Shown here in pieces: positions 39,205 to 53,160 of a stretch of 64,000 nt of DNA. Positions within the stretch are counted from its first letter, which is position 1; every line of letters starts with the position of its first letter. The stretch lies in the NCBI GenBank assembly GCA_051294375.1, contig CM119264.1, forward strand, positions 12,030,263 to 12,094,262, given 5' to 3'. A program made the position numbers and the translations under genes. The DNA comes from Paraspadella gotoi (lineage: Eukaryota > Animalia > Chaetognatha). The notes beneath the pieces are model-generated. The model did no database searches. It saw only the letters and a list, made by a program, of their open reading frames with translations, and was not told the DNA's origin.

Positions 39205-39679
39205 AGCGAAAGAAAAACTCTCTGACTCTCAACCGTAACCATGTTTGTACTTCCTATTCGTTACTTATCAGTTTTCAATTCTTTTTGACCACCTGCTCTG
39301 AATGGTCCGGTGACTTTGCCAAATAGAGATATTGACAATTTTGAAATTTGGCAAAGAGGCGAATGAATGAAAGGAAGGGAGGAGTTGACAATCGTCTGGC
39401 ACGCGCGTGTCCACGATGATATCACTAATGACACACGACAACGACGACTGAAACGACGACGAAGATGACATCGACGTAGACGACAACGGCTGCTGCTTCG
39501 GTGACCGTCAGCGGCTGCGGTCGGCAGCGGCGTCAGCGGCAAGAAATTAGGTTTGTGAGCGGCAGATGTTCACTCGAGGTCAAAACTAGTCCGGCCGTTT
39601 GACCCAAAGTGAATATCATCCTCCTGTCGCTGAGACGGCGTCGGCTCCGGCCTTTTTGTCGGCGTCGTCGTCATCCTCG

Positions 39680-39716
<37 letters not shown>

Positions 39717-39794
39717 TGGCGCCGAAGTTTTGCGAAAAAACTATCGAATTTTCGCGGGTCAAAAGTTCAAAGCTTTAATCTGAGTCGTTGTCCT

Positions 39795-39878
39795 TCGATT
39801 CCATCGGTGCCATCGGTGCCATCGATTACATCGGTGCCATCGGTGCCATCGATTACATCGGTGCCATCGATGCCACCG
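39795..39878. repeat. 9 bp minisatellite (ccatcggtg / catcgatta)
   Basis: Visible tandem with a 27 bp higher-order unit. Confidence 0.85.
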
Positions 39879-40422
39879 GTGATTTCAGTCCGCGTGGATC
39901 ACCAACTGAATACAAATTAGATTTCTTCGTGACGGTTGCAGCAACAAATGCCTGATTCGCCATTTCGATTCCATGACCGTATCTAAGATCGACCCGAGAG
40001 GTTTATACTTCGCAGCTTTCGTAGTTGCACGTCGCCATGGGGCCGATCCCCGTAACCATGCCGCGATGACGCATCGGTGATCGTCGTCCTTTTCATCGTC
40101 GTCATCGTCGTGGTCGCTATCGTCGTCTCCTTGAAACAGACACGATTATGGTCAATAAAAAGTAAAGTGAACGAAAGGCGTGAGTTTCGTTTAGAATCGT
40201 TGTCGTCGTCGTCTTTACTGACGTTGACCAGAAGCGCGTCCTCTTCGTCAGTCCCGAGGTCAGGACCCCGGTCAGAGTCATATTCCGTTATGTCCTCACG
40301 GATCGACTTCGACCCTCGTGTTGCGGCTCTCTTTTCGGAGAGTGCCCCATTTCCGTTCGTTTAACCCAGATTTTAATCTTAATATTTAACTGAAATATAT
40401 TTTTAAACTCATTAACAAATCT

Positions 40423-40625
40423 TTAACTCTAATCCCTAACTCTAATACTTAACCAGAACCCTAAACCTTAATTATTTACCCTAACCCCTAACCCTTATTG
40501 CTAGTCCATAACCCAAATCGCTAACCCTAATCGCTAACCAAGTCCCTAACCTTAACCACTAACCTAATCCCTAATCTAGTCCTTAACCTCTAATATAATC
40601 TTTAATTACAAAAATTAACCTAATT
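40423..40625. repeat. Degenerate interstitial telomere-like (TAACCC)n array
   Basis: Dense ccctaa/ctaacc/taaccc motifs over ~200 bp. Confidence 0.75.
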
Positions 40626-41852
40626 CCAAATTTAAAACGGGGCGTTTTGGGAAAATAAGGCCCACAAAAAAAAAATATTTCCACTTTGAATCGATATTTA
40701 ATTCGGACTTCAGGATTTTTAACTCGAGTGCATCATTCACTGCTAAACCGTCGCTAAGCAACGAGGACGAATATAGAATCGTCGCTAAGCAGTGAAGGAG
40801 AATGTTGAATGGTCGCTAAGCAACGGGACCGAAAGCCGAAGCGTCGCTGAGCAAAGAGCAACGCCGATCGTTTTAACTGCTTCGCCGATAAAAAGAAGAT
40901 CCGGTGAAGAAGAGAAAAAAAGGGGGAATATATTGCTCAAGAAAAATACGGAAAAGACGAGAAAAAAAGACGGTGATATAACTGGAAAAAAATGAAGAGA
41001 GAGAGAGAGAATGAGGGTGAGGGAGGCGGGGAGAGAAAGAGAGAGAGAGAGAGCGTGTGTAAAAAGAAAAGTAAAGGGTGAAAAATATAGTGCGTTTTAG
41101 GAAATATAAGTCAAAATAATGAAAAATGAAGCAACAGAAAAGAGTTTAAAAAGGCCTAAGGATGACGAAATCTGCATAAAAAAAATTTTATGATTAAAAA
41201 ATGTATGATAAAAAATAAAACGAACATTACAATTTTTTAGCAAGATTTTTACAAGTTTAGAAATAAAAAACTTCAATGGCAAAGCGGATATTAACGAAAT
41301 AAAAATACCGGAAAGGAAAATTCGTTTAAAAAGGGATAAAAACATTTTAAAAAAATAAAAAAAAGTTCCGGGAAAAAAAATGTGAGAAAAAGAAAATGGA
41401 AAGGAGGTCAGGTCGTTAACGATTGAAGACCGCCTCTTTTTTCTAAACAGAGAGAAAGAAAGAGAAGAAAGAAAGTAAAAAAGAAAGAAAGAAAGAAAGA
41501 AAGAAGAAAGAAAGAAAGAAGAAAGAAAAAGAAAGAAAAAAAGAAAGAAAGAAGAGAAAGAAAGAGAGAAAAAGAAAAAGATAAGAGGGAAATAAAAAAT
41601 GAGAAAGAGAGGAGAGAGAGAAGAGGAGGGAGAGAGGAGAGAGAGAGAGGAGGAGAGAGAGAGAGAGAGAGAGAAGAGAAGAGAGAGAGAGAGAGAGAGG
41701 AGAGGAAAGAAAGGGAGAAAGCGCCGGGTTGTGAATGAGGCACGCCTTCTTCCGCTGACGACGCCACCCGCGCGTCGTTTCTTCCCTGCACGCCCCCTTC
41801 GGCTTCTCGACCCTCTCCTCTCTCCCGATTCACTTTCAACAGAAAGAGAGAT

Positions 41853-41887
<35 letters not shown>

Positions 41888-43768
41888 AGAGACGCCGGCA
41901 TGCGAGACGCTTTCGTCCAAGGCGCATCTCACATCCCTGGTCGCGTTCGAAGCAAAGGAGCTTTGATCGCTCTCCTTTCCTCTCGCGCGCCATCTACGTT
42001 TTCATCTCCTCCCCCCCTTAATTTTTTTAAATTCCAGGTTCGCATCGTCTACGAGTCTCAGTCCTCATGTTTGCACCATAATTTCTCACATTTTTTCTCC
42101 AACGTCGTCCGTGTATCTCGCCTTCCTTTCGCATGAATCTCCCGAGTTTATTTTTTTCCCTTCGTCGTCGTCGTCGTCGCTTGTCCTCCGTGTCACCTAG
42201 ATGTGAACAATCTACATCGGTACTCGCATCGTCCGACGTCAACTATATTTTAGAGAATTAGTGTTTGTTTGCGAAGTCAATTTGAGAGAGAGCAATCTCG
42301 AGTCTCCAATCTGCACTGATGCAATATTTTTTCTCCTTGCACAAATGTCGCGCTAGCCGTTGCATCGTCTCCCTCAGACATGTTGTAACCGGGGTTTGAC
42401 ATCCTTGCCATGAATTAGGCAGAGTAGTGCAAGGGCAGGTTATCTTAGGCCGTTAGCGCTGGCCTTGCGTCGCTCCGGTAGATTGCATCAACACTATTAC
42501 ATTCTAAGTTGCTTCTAAAGTCCTACTTTCTCGCATCGACAGTTGGAATGTTTCTCCGCGGCAAGTTGCGTCGAGGCTTTCACGTTCTTGCGTCGGCAGT
42601 AGCAGCGTCTCACACCGGCAGGTTGCATCGGCACCTCGACTGCTTTCATTCGCAAATTAGATTCCGCTTTTGATTGAGCGAATCCCTAGGATCTCAAAGC
42701 ATTTAATTTTCCGAGCCAAGGTTTCGCGAGTCGCAACCTCCTTCAACACATTTCATTTTCCTCGTTTTCCCTTCATCACTTTTTATTTTCTTCCTTTTTT
42801 TTTCCTCAAAGACTCTTGATTTACTCTTTTTTTTTTTAAACCGGGCATCGCAACTTTTAACCTTCATCTCGATTCTTAATTTATTCCGTCTTTTCCGCGA
42901 ATTTTAATCGCCTCCCGAGAAATTTAATTTAATCGATTTAGTTAATTTTCGTAAGTATTCGTCTTCGCCGACGACTGAGACCAATCTCCGAGTGCTGCGT
43001 GCCCAGTTTTATCGACAATCGTCTTTCGTTTTATCGCGATTCGATCGAGACGATTCGCTCTCCGCAATTAGCGCGTATCTGAGTTTTCCATTCTTTTTTT
43101 CCCTTTTTGTCGAAACTCGAGAGTTCTTATCTCTGGCGAAGCAGAGGCTTTTTTTTTTTATTTCTTCTTTCGTTCTGCGCTGGTTTTTATCTGTTGCCTC
43201 TTTTATTTATTTTGCCTTCCTCTCTGTTAAAAAAAAGAGAGAGAGAGAGAGAGAAGGGGCAGACTGGGAAAGTCTCCGGATTTTCTTTGTTTTACAAACG
43301 GTTAACTTTTGTCACATGACCGCCTCCTGGCGGAAGACGAGGACGAGGAGCCAACTTCGTTAAGGGTGAGAAAAGCCGAGTGGGTTGGGGGGGGGTCGAG
43401 TTTAAATTGAATAAAGAGATAAAGGTTTAAAGTCGAGAAAGGAAAAGGGGCCGCGGGAGGGGGGGGGGAAGAATTGAGACAGAGGGGGGAAAAAGCGACG
43501 AAAAATAGAGTAAACAACAAAAAAGAGAAAATCTAACGATTAATCTTCTCTCTCGTAGTTACCGCAAAAGTCTCGACTGGCGATTTTCGATACAAAAGTT
43601 TGTGTGGAATTCTTAAGCTTGAGCTGAAAAGCCACACAAGAAGAGAAAAAAGGTCAGACGGGGCCCCTTTGCGCCTTTTTTGGGCTCAATTCTTTTTCTA
43701 TCGCCTCTCTCCTCTCTCCTCTCCTCTCTCTTCTCCTCTCTCTCTTCATCTACTCTCTCTCTCTCTCC

Positions 43769-43802
<34 letters not shown>

Positions 43803-44041
43803 CCCACTTTCTAAGTCAAACCAAGAAATTGAATTATGTCTTCACTTTTCCGAAACGGATTATTGTGGTTGAAAAGATAGTAAATAAAATACGATTTAAC
43901 AATAAGATATGGAAATTTCGATCGAAATTCCCGGGCGAGGTTAAGTATAGTCTTCATTATTTTTTTAACACTTAAATAGTCCGGGCGTGGTTTACTAAGA
44001 TCGACTGATAGCTATATTTTTTAAAACTTTCTTCACTTATA

Positions 44042-44145
<104 letters not shown>

Positions 44146-46324
44146 TCCACCCAAGAAAAAAAAATCTTTTCCACAAACAAGACTCGGAATCGAATGGTTT
44201 TGAGGCAAGAAAATCCAGTGGAGTAAACATCCAAAGAGATAAATTTTTTTTCTTTTTTTTTTTTCTTTTTATCTCTAAAACCGGGAAGAGGCATCGCGCT
44301 TTCCTCATTAGAGATCTTCTTCACTAAATCTTTCTCGACGCATTAGATTTAGAAACTTGGCGGGAAAAAAAAAAAGGAAGACATTTTCAAGCTTCTGTTC
44401 GCTAACTTTGTTGATATCACGTCCGCGGCGGATAAACCACTAGAGCGGGTGATTCCTACGAAAGCGAACCTTTCGAGATTCCGAATTTTCTCCGAGATGG
44501 TTGATTTTCCTTTCAAAGGATCAACGCTTCAATTCTCATCTCCATTCGTATTTGTAATATTACAATTTATTTTCGAGCTTGTTTTTAAAAAGCCAGACTA
44601 TTTCTCACCATTTCCATTATCATCGACTATCCCTCATCCGTTCATAGCCTTTCTCAACTTCCCGCCTCCCCTCATCTCTTCAACTCATCCTCCAGCCTGT
44701 CAACCGCTCGACTCTTCAAACGACCCGACCGCGCTCGCCTCCACCGCCTCAACTCTTTCCCCGGCGCTATCTCCCCGGGTCCGCATGGCTGCATCAGAAT
44801 TTGGGAAAATCGAGAAATTGACAGAATAATCTTCGGCGAGACACGAAGCCCGATGGAGGGAGGGAGAGAGGGGGAGGGAGTGGGGGACGAGGAGGCGAAG
44901 GGGGGAGTTTGGGGGGTGTGGGGAGAAAGGGGATATAGAGTGGGCTGCGATCGGAAGCCACGCCGGGCGAAAAGAAGGATGACGCGGCGAAAGTTCGAAG
45001 GGAAAAATAGAATCGAAAAACCGGAAAACGATTGAAGAGCAACAAGTTCCGAATCGAACTCGCGAAGGGAAAAGGGAGGGGAAGGTCGCGGGTTCGAGCC
45101 CCAACTCTACCACCTCCGATTCGGACACGAAAGACCGAAAAGGGGGGTGCGAGGCTCTCTTGGGAAGGAAAGAAGGAAATGGAAGAGTAGCTCTCTCCTC
45201 TCTCTCTCTCTCTTCTCTCATCCTCCCCGCGCGCGCGCTATTCGCGTCGTTTGGTCTCAGAATTCGTCGCGAGTGTTGAACACTCGGTTTTCGCGACGTC
45301 CGCGAAGGTTGAAGATTCAGCCGTGTCGAAATCGATTCTTGGAGATATTCTCTCGTGTGTATTTTTACGAGAATCCGCGGTAGTTGAAACGCTGAAAAAA
45401 TGGCCGACACGTGGAAACGCTGCCGACGCAGCCGACGCGACGAACCGCCGGTACTGACGCAAAGATGGGAAGATTTCGACGAGGTTATACGCGGAGTTGC
45501 CGAAGCAAGAAAAATTTAATTTGTATAATTTTATTCATCGTTTTTCCAAAAAAAAAATTTGAGGTCGTTGCCCCATGAAAACACGAAAACTTGTACAATG
45601 TTTTTTACTGGTTTTGGAAAAAGCTTTTTATTTCCGCTCGATTTAATTTCTCTCTCTCTCTCTCTCTCTCTCTTCCTCTTCTCTCTCTCTCGCTCTTCCC
45701 TCTCTCTCTTAACAGAGCCGACTTGGAATCGTACGAGCTTCGTTTTGTTGTTATTATTAGCTTGTAGTTGCCGTCCACGTCCCTGTGTGCGAAAAACCAA
45801 ACAGAAACAGAAACAGAAGCAGAGAGAGAGATGAGGAGAGAGGAGGAAGAGACGGAGAGAGGGGACGAGAGGAAGAGACGGAGGATGGAGAGGAGGAGAA
45901 AGAGGAGAGCAGAAGAGCAGAGAGAGGGAGAGAGACGGAGCGTAGAGAGACAGTAGGAGGAGAGAGTCGAGAAGGAGAGAGAGGGAAGAGCCAGAGGAGA
46001 GGCAGAGAGGGAGGAGGATGAGCAGAGGAGACTGGAGCCTGACGACGAGCGCGCGCGAGAACGAGTGCATCCGAGACGAGAGAGAGAAGATGAAGAAAGA
46101 GAGAGGGGAGGGGAGACGAGAAGAGGCGAAGAGACGAGTGAGAGAGAGAGAGTCAGAGAGAGGAGAATGGAGGAGCGACGAGACGACATAGAGATGCGAG
46201 GAGAGAGCNNNNNNNNNNNNNNNNNNNNNNNNNGGGAATCGAGGTCGGTTCAGGGATGAATTCCTCGATTTCGTCATTGACGTCGAGAAGAACTAGAGTA
46301 AATCGAGGAAAGTAAGTCGAGTGA

Positions 46325-46815
46325 GGCAAGGGTAAGGAAAAGAGAATGGAATGGGTAAAGAAAATAGAACATTCCTATTTTCTTTTACCCATTACAATTA
46401 TCTTTTTTCTAACCCATTTTATTCTCTTTTCCTTTAACCCTTTCTTTTTCTTACCATTCATTCTGTTTCCCTTTACCTAATTATCCATTCTCTTTTCTAC
46501 CATGATTCCATTCTATTTTCTTATTACCTATTCATTTCTTTCCCTTTACCCATTCATTTATTTTTTTTACCATTCATTCTTTATTCCTTAACCTTTCTTT
46601 TGTTTTTTCCTTACCCATTCTCTTTTCTTTACCTATGTCATTCATTTCTTTACCACATTCATTTCAATTTTTCATTACACTTGCCCTCACTCAGACTTTA
46701 CTATTCCTCGATTTACTGNNNNNNNNNNNNNNNNNNNNNNNNNGAATGGGTAAGGAAAAGAGAATGGGTAAGGAAAAGAGAATGGGTAAGGAAAAGAGAT
46801 TGGAATGGGTAAGGA
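46325..46815. repeat. 18 bp minisatellite (gaatgggtaaggaaaaga) in both orientations
   Basis: Clean units at 46744-46815; noisy reverse-complement units at 46371-46680 and 51440-51790. Confidence 0.8.
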
Positions 46816-49800
46816 ATAAAGGGAATTGCTGAAAGGGTTGAAGAGGAGTTGCACGATTAAAGTTAATATAATTGAAGTTGAAAAAATAGAATAAAAAAAG
46901 AAAGGCACGGTTAAATTTATAAATATTAAATACATGAAAATATTAATTGTAAATATATAGGAATAAACATATGAGTAAATATAAAATACAGGTAGAAAAT
47001 AAACTAAAAAAATTTTAAAAAACGTTTTAAAGAAAGTTGAGAGAAGACAACAGAGAAAGACAAGGGTTAGAGAAAAGTAGGGAAGCGAAAAAAAAAAGAA
47101 AAATGCGGAGATAAAAAAAAAGGAGGAAAACAAGAGATAAAAATAAAAAGAAGAGGAAAAAAAGGAAAGAAAACCGAAGAGAAGAGATTGAAGACGAGAA
47201 ATATGGCGGNNNNNNNNNNNNNNNNNNNNNNNNNATTTGAAAACGAAGAATATGCGGGAAAAAGGTGATCGGCGAGGTGAGTTAATCGAAAGGGAGGAAG
47301 AAGGAAGGTATTGGCGGAGGTGTAGTTAATCGAAAGGAGGAAAGAAGGTGACTGGCGGAGTGATTAATCGAAAGGGAGGAAGAAGGAAGGTGATCGGACC
47401 GAGTGTGTTAATTAAAAAGGGATTAAGAAGGAAGTGACTGGCGAGGTGAATAATCGATAAGGAGAAATAAAGAAGGTGATGCCGATGGTTGATGTTAATC
47501 GAAAGGGAGGAAGTGAAGGAAGTGTTGATAGGCGGAGGTGAGTTAATTAAAGGTAGGAAGAAGGAAGGTGATCTGGCGGAAGGTGATGTTAATCGAAAGG
47601 GAGGAAATAAAGAAGGTGTATTCGGCCGAGGTACGTTAATTCGAAAGGGAGGAAGAAGAGAAGGTGATTGGCGGAAGGTAAGAGAATTCAAGGGAGGGAA
47701 GAAAGAAACATTCCTTTCAACCCATCGAAGCGAGGTGAGGGCCCGATACTGCGGCGGACTTGAGTGAGGCAAATAGAGGGGGGGGAGGCAAAAGGTACTG
47801 CGGTGACGATCGACGGACGGTACGTGAGGAAGGAAACCCTCGAGGACGAGAGAAACGCATGACGACCGACGCCTCCAGCACAAACATACTGTCCGGCAGA
47901 GCTCTCAAAAAAAAACGGACCGTCTCTCTCGCCGACATGATGGTCTCAAGGCAGCCATTCCGTACTCGCGTTATATCTCAGCCTGTTGGCAGCGGTCCTA
48001 TGATCATCCGGCGTCGGTCGCGACTAGTTCTTGACCTCGAGCGTGAAATCTGCGCTCACAAATCCTAATTTCTTGCCGCTGACGCTCGTCGTGCCCGCAC
48101 TCAGCCTCGATTGTTCACGTTCACCGCTAAGCCGTTAGCAGCCTCGGTCTCGTTCGCGTCGTCGTTGTCGTCTCATCCGTCCGATGTCATCCTGTCTTCG
48201 ATCGTTTCCTCCAGTGTTCGTGCGTGCTGTTCGTGTGTCTGTATTCAGGCTGAGGTGATCATTCTGTGGGAGCACAAGCAAGCAACAGAGTGCCAGCACA
48301 CCGACTAGTGATACAAACTCCAGTTCCCTTCTCTTTCCATTCATTACGTCCTCCCTCTTAGGTTCCGAAATTTCTCTAAAACGTTGATAACAAGTTATCC
48401 TCAGCACTCGACAGATGTAATGTGCCGAAAAGTCACCCGAACCACTTGGCACGATGCAGGCGGAGTCTTAGAGTGCAAACAGACGAACTTCCGACACGCC
48501 ACTCGCAGGTCAGCAGCTAACGGGCACATCGGCGAGAGCTACAACCAGTCGGTCTATCTGCTTTTGAGAGTCAGAGATGTTTTTTCTTCTCTTCGCTTGC
48601 ACAACCAATACTAGGAACAGACTCCCTTTATCATTCAGGCTTGCATTGTCAATCTAAAGACCATAATCTTTCGCTAACCGTTAAAAACTCCGAAAGCTGA
48701 AATAACCATTGCTCTTAAAACAGTACTGATGCAATCCTGTAGGGTGAACAGAAACCAAGGCTCTAACCTAACGAAAAATAATCTTGAAAAAACCATACAC
48801 ACGAGACGAAGCGGCACGAAAATGGCACTGATGCACCTTCCTGTTTCCGACATTAATCGGGGTGTGGGGCGTCGGGGCAAGATACCTACTATACATATCC
48901 AAGATTCGTATTTAATTTATACGTCCAGAAGTGCATTGAATGTATTATTTAACATATTATAATTCACTATGCGGCTCTATTCTACTCCACCTCCGGTTAA
49001 AACACATCCTGTCGTCGCCGCTGAATACTGGTGAGAAACGATAATTAGGTACTATACTCTGTATGTTTTCAAGTCCTGCTATCTAAAGAATATTTCAATA
49101 GGCCGGTAGATTCGTATCTCACGAGGTTAAAAATGTAATCTGGTTATATTAATTTCGGTTGAAATTGGGTCGACTCGGCTTCTTGCAGAAGTATCCAAAT
49201 TGAAATATATATTTCCGATCGTTTATTTTTTGTCGAGAGAATGAAACAATGCGAAATAATCTCATATCGTCGTAAAGTTTCATCAATACGGGATGAAATT
49301 TAGAGAAGAAGGCCATGATTTCACAATAATAATTGAAGAATAAACTATTAAAAAAGGGAGAAAAAAAACGGTCGCGAAGAAAAGGAACAGAAACTCAGAA
49401 AAGACGTAATGTAGAATTGTGGAGAACGCAGTCGATAAATATACATTAAAAAACTGTTTATATTAAGATAATATAAAGGTGTACCTCCATTAAGAATGAA
49501 CTCTCTAAAGAAAAACAAATAAGCGTATCATCTGCTGCTCAGAAGTAACAAATAACAGTACGAAAATACCGCTAATGATCCATATCTAATCATAATACAA
49601 CAAAAGTAATTATCCCACAGAAACAACAAACTACCTAATATTCTTGTTAAAAACCAGGAAATGGAGTCAATTGGTAAATCACGCAGAATAGCAGAAATTT
49701 TTCTTTTTTTCTTAATTTCTTCTCTCGAAAATTATGAAGGGAGGATCTCCAAAGGAAGGTAAATGACTCGGATTAAGATTAGGAAAAACAACTGTAGTCG

Positions 49801-52190
49801 CGAGGCGAGCAAAGCACATTAAAGTCTAGAACAAGACTGCTTCTATGTGACCTTTTTCTTTTTTTTTTATGTCGTTCTTAGATATTAGGTTTTCTTCTTA
49901 TTACTGGATTTTTTACTGTTTGTCTTCCCTGCGTTAATTCTCCATCCGCGGGAATTCATAGCTTGGACGCAAACATCCATAAATCAATGATGACCTGACG
50001 AGGCAATCGATCATACGTCGTCGTTGCTGTTGTTGCCCTGCATCGTCGTCAGTCTGGACGTTCAGTCGTCGATCTCTGTGTCGATCTCGAAATGTTCGTC
50101 CGTCAGAACGTTGCTGTCAGAGGCCATTCGTCGATATCATGGTACGATTTTTATCGTCGTCGCCGTCGTCGCAGCGCTCATTTTTCTCGCTGATGCGACC
50201 GCCACGCCACAAAGGTTCGTCTTTCCAGTCAGTCAGTTCCGTTCGGTCGTGGCAAAACAGAAAACCGGTGATCGGCGTCCGACGGTTCGTGACAGCGTCT
50301 AATATGACTTAAAATTGTAAAAAAAGTCGGAATGAAGTGTAGACGAAAAAGTATGTCCAGTAGACCATCCGAGAAGCCAGACGTCGACCGGAACCCATCC
50401 ACGTGACTCAAAAACGACGGCGCTGCCTGCTTGTCTCCTTCCATATCCTGATTCTTGCCCGTTTCGCGGGCGATACCCTCGCGCCTCGCCGTTTGCTCCC
50501 TCGTCTGCTTAACCGCTCATTCCTCTCTCCGTCCTATCTCTCTCTTTAATCGAAAGGGAGGAAGAAGGAAGGTGATAGGCGGAGGTGAGTTAATTGAAAG
50601 GGAGGAAGAAGGAAGGTGACTGGCGGAGGTGAGTTATACACCTTCTTTATTTCTCCTTTCGATTAACTCACCTCCGCCAGATCACCTTCCTTCTTCCTCC
50701 TTTCAATAACTCACCTCCGCTTATCACTTCCTTCATTCCCTCCCCTTTCGATTAACATCACCATCGGCCATCACCTTCTTTATTTCTCCCTTTCGATTAT
50801 TCACCTCCGCAGTCACCTTCCTGTCTTACTCCCTTTTTAATTAACACACTCGGTCCGATCAACCTTCCTTCTTCCTCCCTTTCGATTAACTCACTCCGCC
50901 AGTCACCGTTCTTTCCTCCTTTCGATTAACTCACCTCCGCAATACCTTCCTTCTTCCCTCCTCTTTCGATTAACTCAACCTCGGCCGATCACCTTTTTTC
51001 CCGCCATATTCTTCGTTTCAAATCTCTCTCTTCGGTTTTTCTTTCCTTTTTTTCCTCTTCCTTTTTATTTTTTATCTCTTGTTTTCCTCCTTTTTTTTTA
51101 TCTCCGCAAATTTTTCTTTTTTTTTTTTCGCTTCCTACTTTTCTTAACCCTTGTCTTTCTCTGTTGTCTTCTCCGTCAACTTTCTTTAAGAACGTTTTTT
51201 TAAATTTTTTAGTTTATTTTTACCTGCTATTTTTTATATTTTACCTCATATGTTTCTTCCTGATACTATTTACATTAATATTTTCATGTATTTAATATTT
51301 ATAATATTAAACCGTGCCTTTCTTTTTTTTTATTCTTATTTTTGTCAAACTTCAATATATATTAACTTTAATCGCTGCCTCCTCTTTCAACACGTTATGC
51401 AGCAATTCCCTTTAATTCCTTATTTACACATCCCAATCTTTTATCCCTTACCATTTTTCCTTGCATAGTCTCTTTCCTTACCCATTCCATTCCTATTTTC
51501 TTTTACCCATTACAATTATCTTTTTTCTAACCCATTTTATTCTCTTTTCCTTTAACCCTTTCTTTTTCTTACCATTCATTCTGTTTCCCTTTACCTAATT
51601 ATCCATTCTCTTTTCTACCATGATTCCATTCTATTTTCTTATTACCTATTCATTTCTTTCCCTTTACCCATTCATTTATTTTTTTTACCATTCATTCTTT
51701 ATTCCTTAACCTTTCTTTTGTTTTTTCCTTACCCATTCTCTTTTCTTTACCTATGTCATTCATTTCTTTACCACATTCATTTCAATTTTTCATTACACTT
51801 GCCCTCACTCAGACTTTACTATTCCTCGATTTACTGNNNNNNNNNNNNNNNNNNNNNNNNNGGTGATCGGCCGAGGTGAGTTAATCGAAAGGGAGGAAGA
51901 AAGAAGGTGATTGGCGGAGGTAAGAGAATCGAAAGGGAGGAAGAAGAAAGATTCCTTTCAACCCATCGAAGCGAGGTGAGGCCCGATACGGCGGCGCTTG
52001 AGGTGAGGCAAATAGAGGGGAGGGGAGGCAAGTCGATTGGTGAGGTTAAGAAACTCGAAGACGAAAAACGCGCTAACATACTCTTTTTTGTTTTGATATT
52101 TCTAAAAAAAAAATACGACTTTCCCTGATGGTCTCAGTCGCCATCGTCTCCGTCGTCGTCGTCATCGCTTGCTCTGGCATCGTCGTCGTT

Positions 52191-52226
<36 letters not shown>

Positions 52227-52350
52227 CTCCCCGTCATTCTCTCTCTTGGTTTTCGTGTCGGGTTGAGAAAACAACAGCAGAACAGATTCCCAGTTTATTG
52301 GACGAAAGTCGACGACGAGATTCGGGAAGCGGACACGACATTCGATCTAA

Positions 52351-52396
<46 letters not shown>

Positions 52397-52790
52397 CATT
52401 CTCTTTATCGTTTCTCCCTTCGCAGCCCCTCTTGCTATTGTCATCTGCAATCTTCACCGTTTTCTCGGAAAGCTGACATCTGAATTGCAATCAGCGTTTG
52501 AGACGATTCCAGCCATGGCGAATCACCTCCAGCAATATCCTTCACGTCCTCGCTTCCAACAATATCCGTATGCAATGAATGACATATGCACTATGCGGCT
52601 CGTCTCACACTCCGTTAAACACATCCTTGCTCGTTTCGTTTCGTTTCGTTGGGATCGAATTCGAAAGTGGAATTCAGTTTTCGATTCCATCAAATTTATA
52701 TCGGGAGTGAATCTTGTGAGTGAAGGTCGTCGTATCGTCTGTATTGTCTCTTTGTATCTCAATACAAGTTTAAATTCAATATTGAATATA

Positions 52791-53160
52791 AAGCCTGTCC
52801 AAAGTCAGGGGCAAGATAGTTTATTTATTAAACGAATGGATATTTTTTATATTGGTTGTACCAATTTCATAAAATTCAGCTCCTTGTATTTTGATGCTAG
52901 TGCGGAGTACAATAAGTATTCCCCGATCTAATACTTAAGGGAGTGGTCTTTTGAAACATTCTTTGAATATTATACCACTTCATTGATAGGGAAGCCAGGT
53001 ACTCCGGAGTGAATAAACGAGACTGTGAGAGAGTCTTAATTGAAAGCTTGCAGGGACCTGCGATGTCATTTTCTTGTAAGAGTGATGGAGGCCTTAAACC
53101 ACCAAAGCCTGTCCAAAGTCAGGGGCAAGATAGCTTATATTGGTTGTACCAATTTCATAA
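52791..53160 (+). mobile_element. Partial tandem of repeat family R1 (80 bp 3' end at 52791-52872, then a longer copy ending at 53160)
   Basis: Both parts end in attggttgtaccaatttcataa; 52960-53160 aligns with the 12.7-13.0 kb and 24.9 kb copies. Noisy duplicates lie at about 56412-56498 and 58003-58167. Confidence 0.8.

Noticed and set aside
41097-41993. 298 aa ORF and similar long ORFs (52128-52931, 22963-23586, 45531-46277)
   Set aside because: They are translations of microsatellites, minisatellites and repeat fragments (SLSL, RERE, FFLS, poly-V/P), with no domain content.
42362-42377. 16 bp identity (gcatcgtctccctcag) with claudin exon 1 at 861-876
   Set aside because: About one such match is expected by chance in a 64 kb self-comparison, and it does not extend.
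45082-45102. tRNA-like B-box (aaggtcgcgggttcgagcccc)
   Set aside because: No A-box, D-arm or acceptor stem in the flanks; not a tRNA gene.
47790-50545. Apparently novel high-complexity island with several ORFs (possible foreign or HGT DNA)
   Set aside because: It contains collinear remnants of the 52.0-52.7 kb sequence (e.g. aacatact, tgatggtctca, and atgcggctc...ccggttaaaacacatcct at ~48970) inflated by insertions, consistent with a degraded single-pass read.
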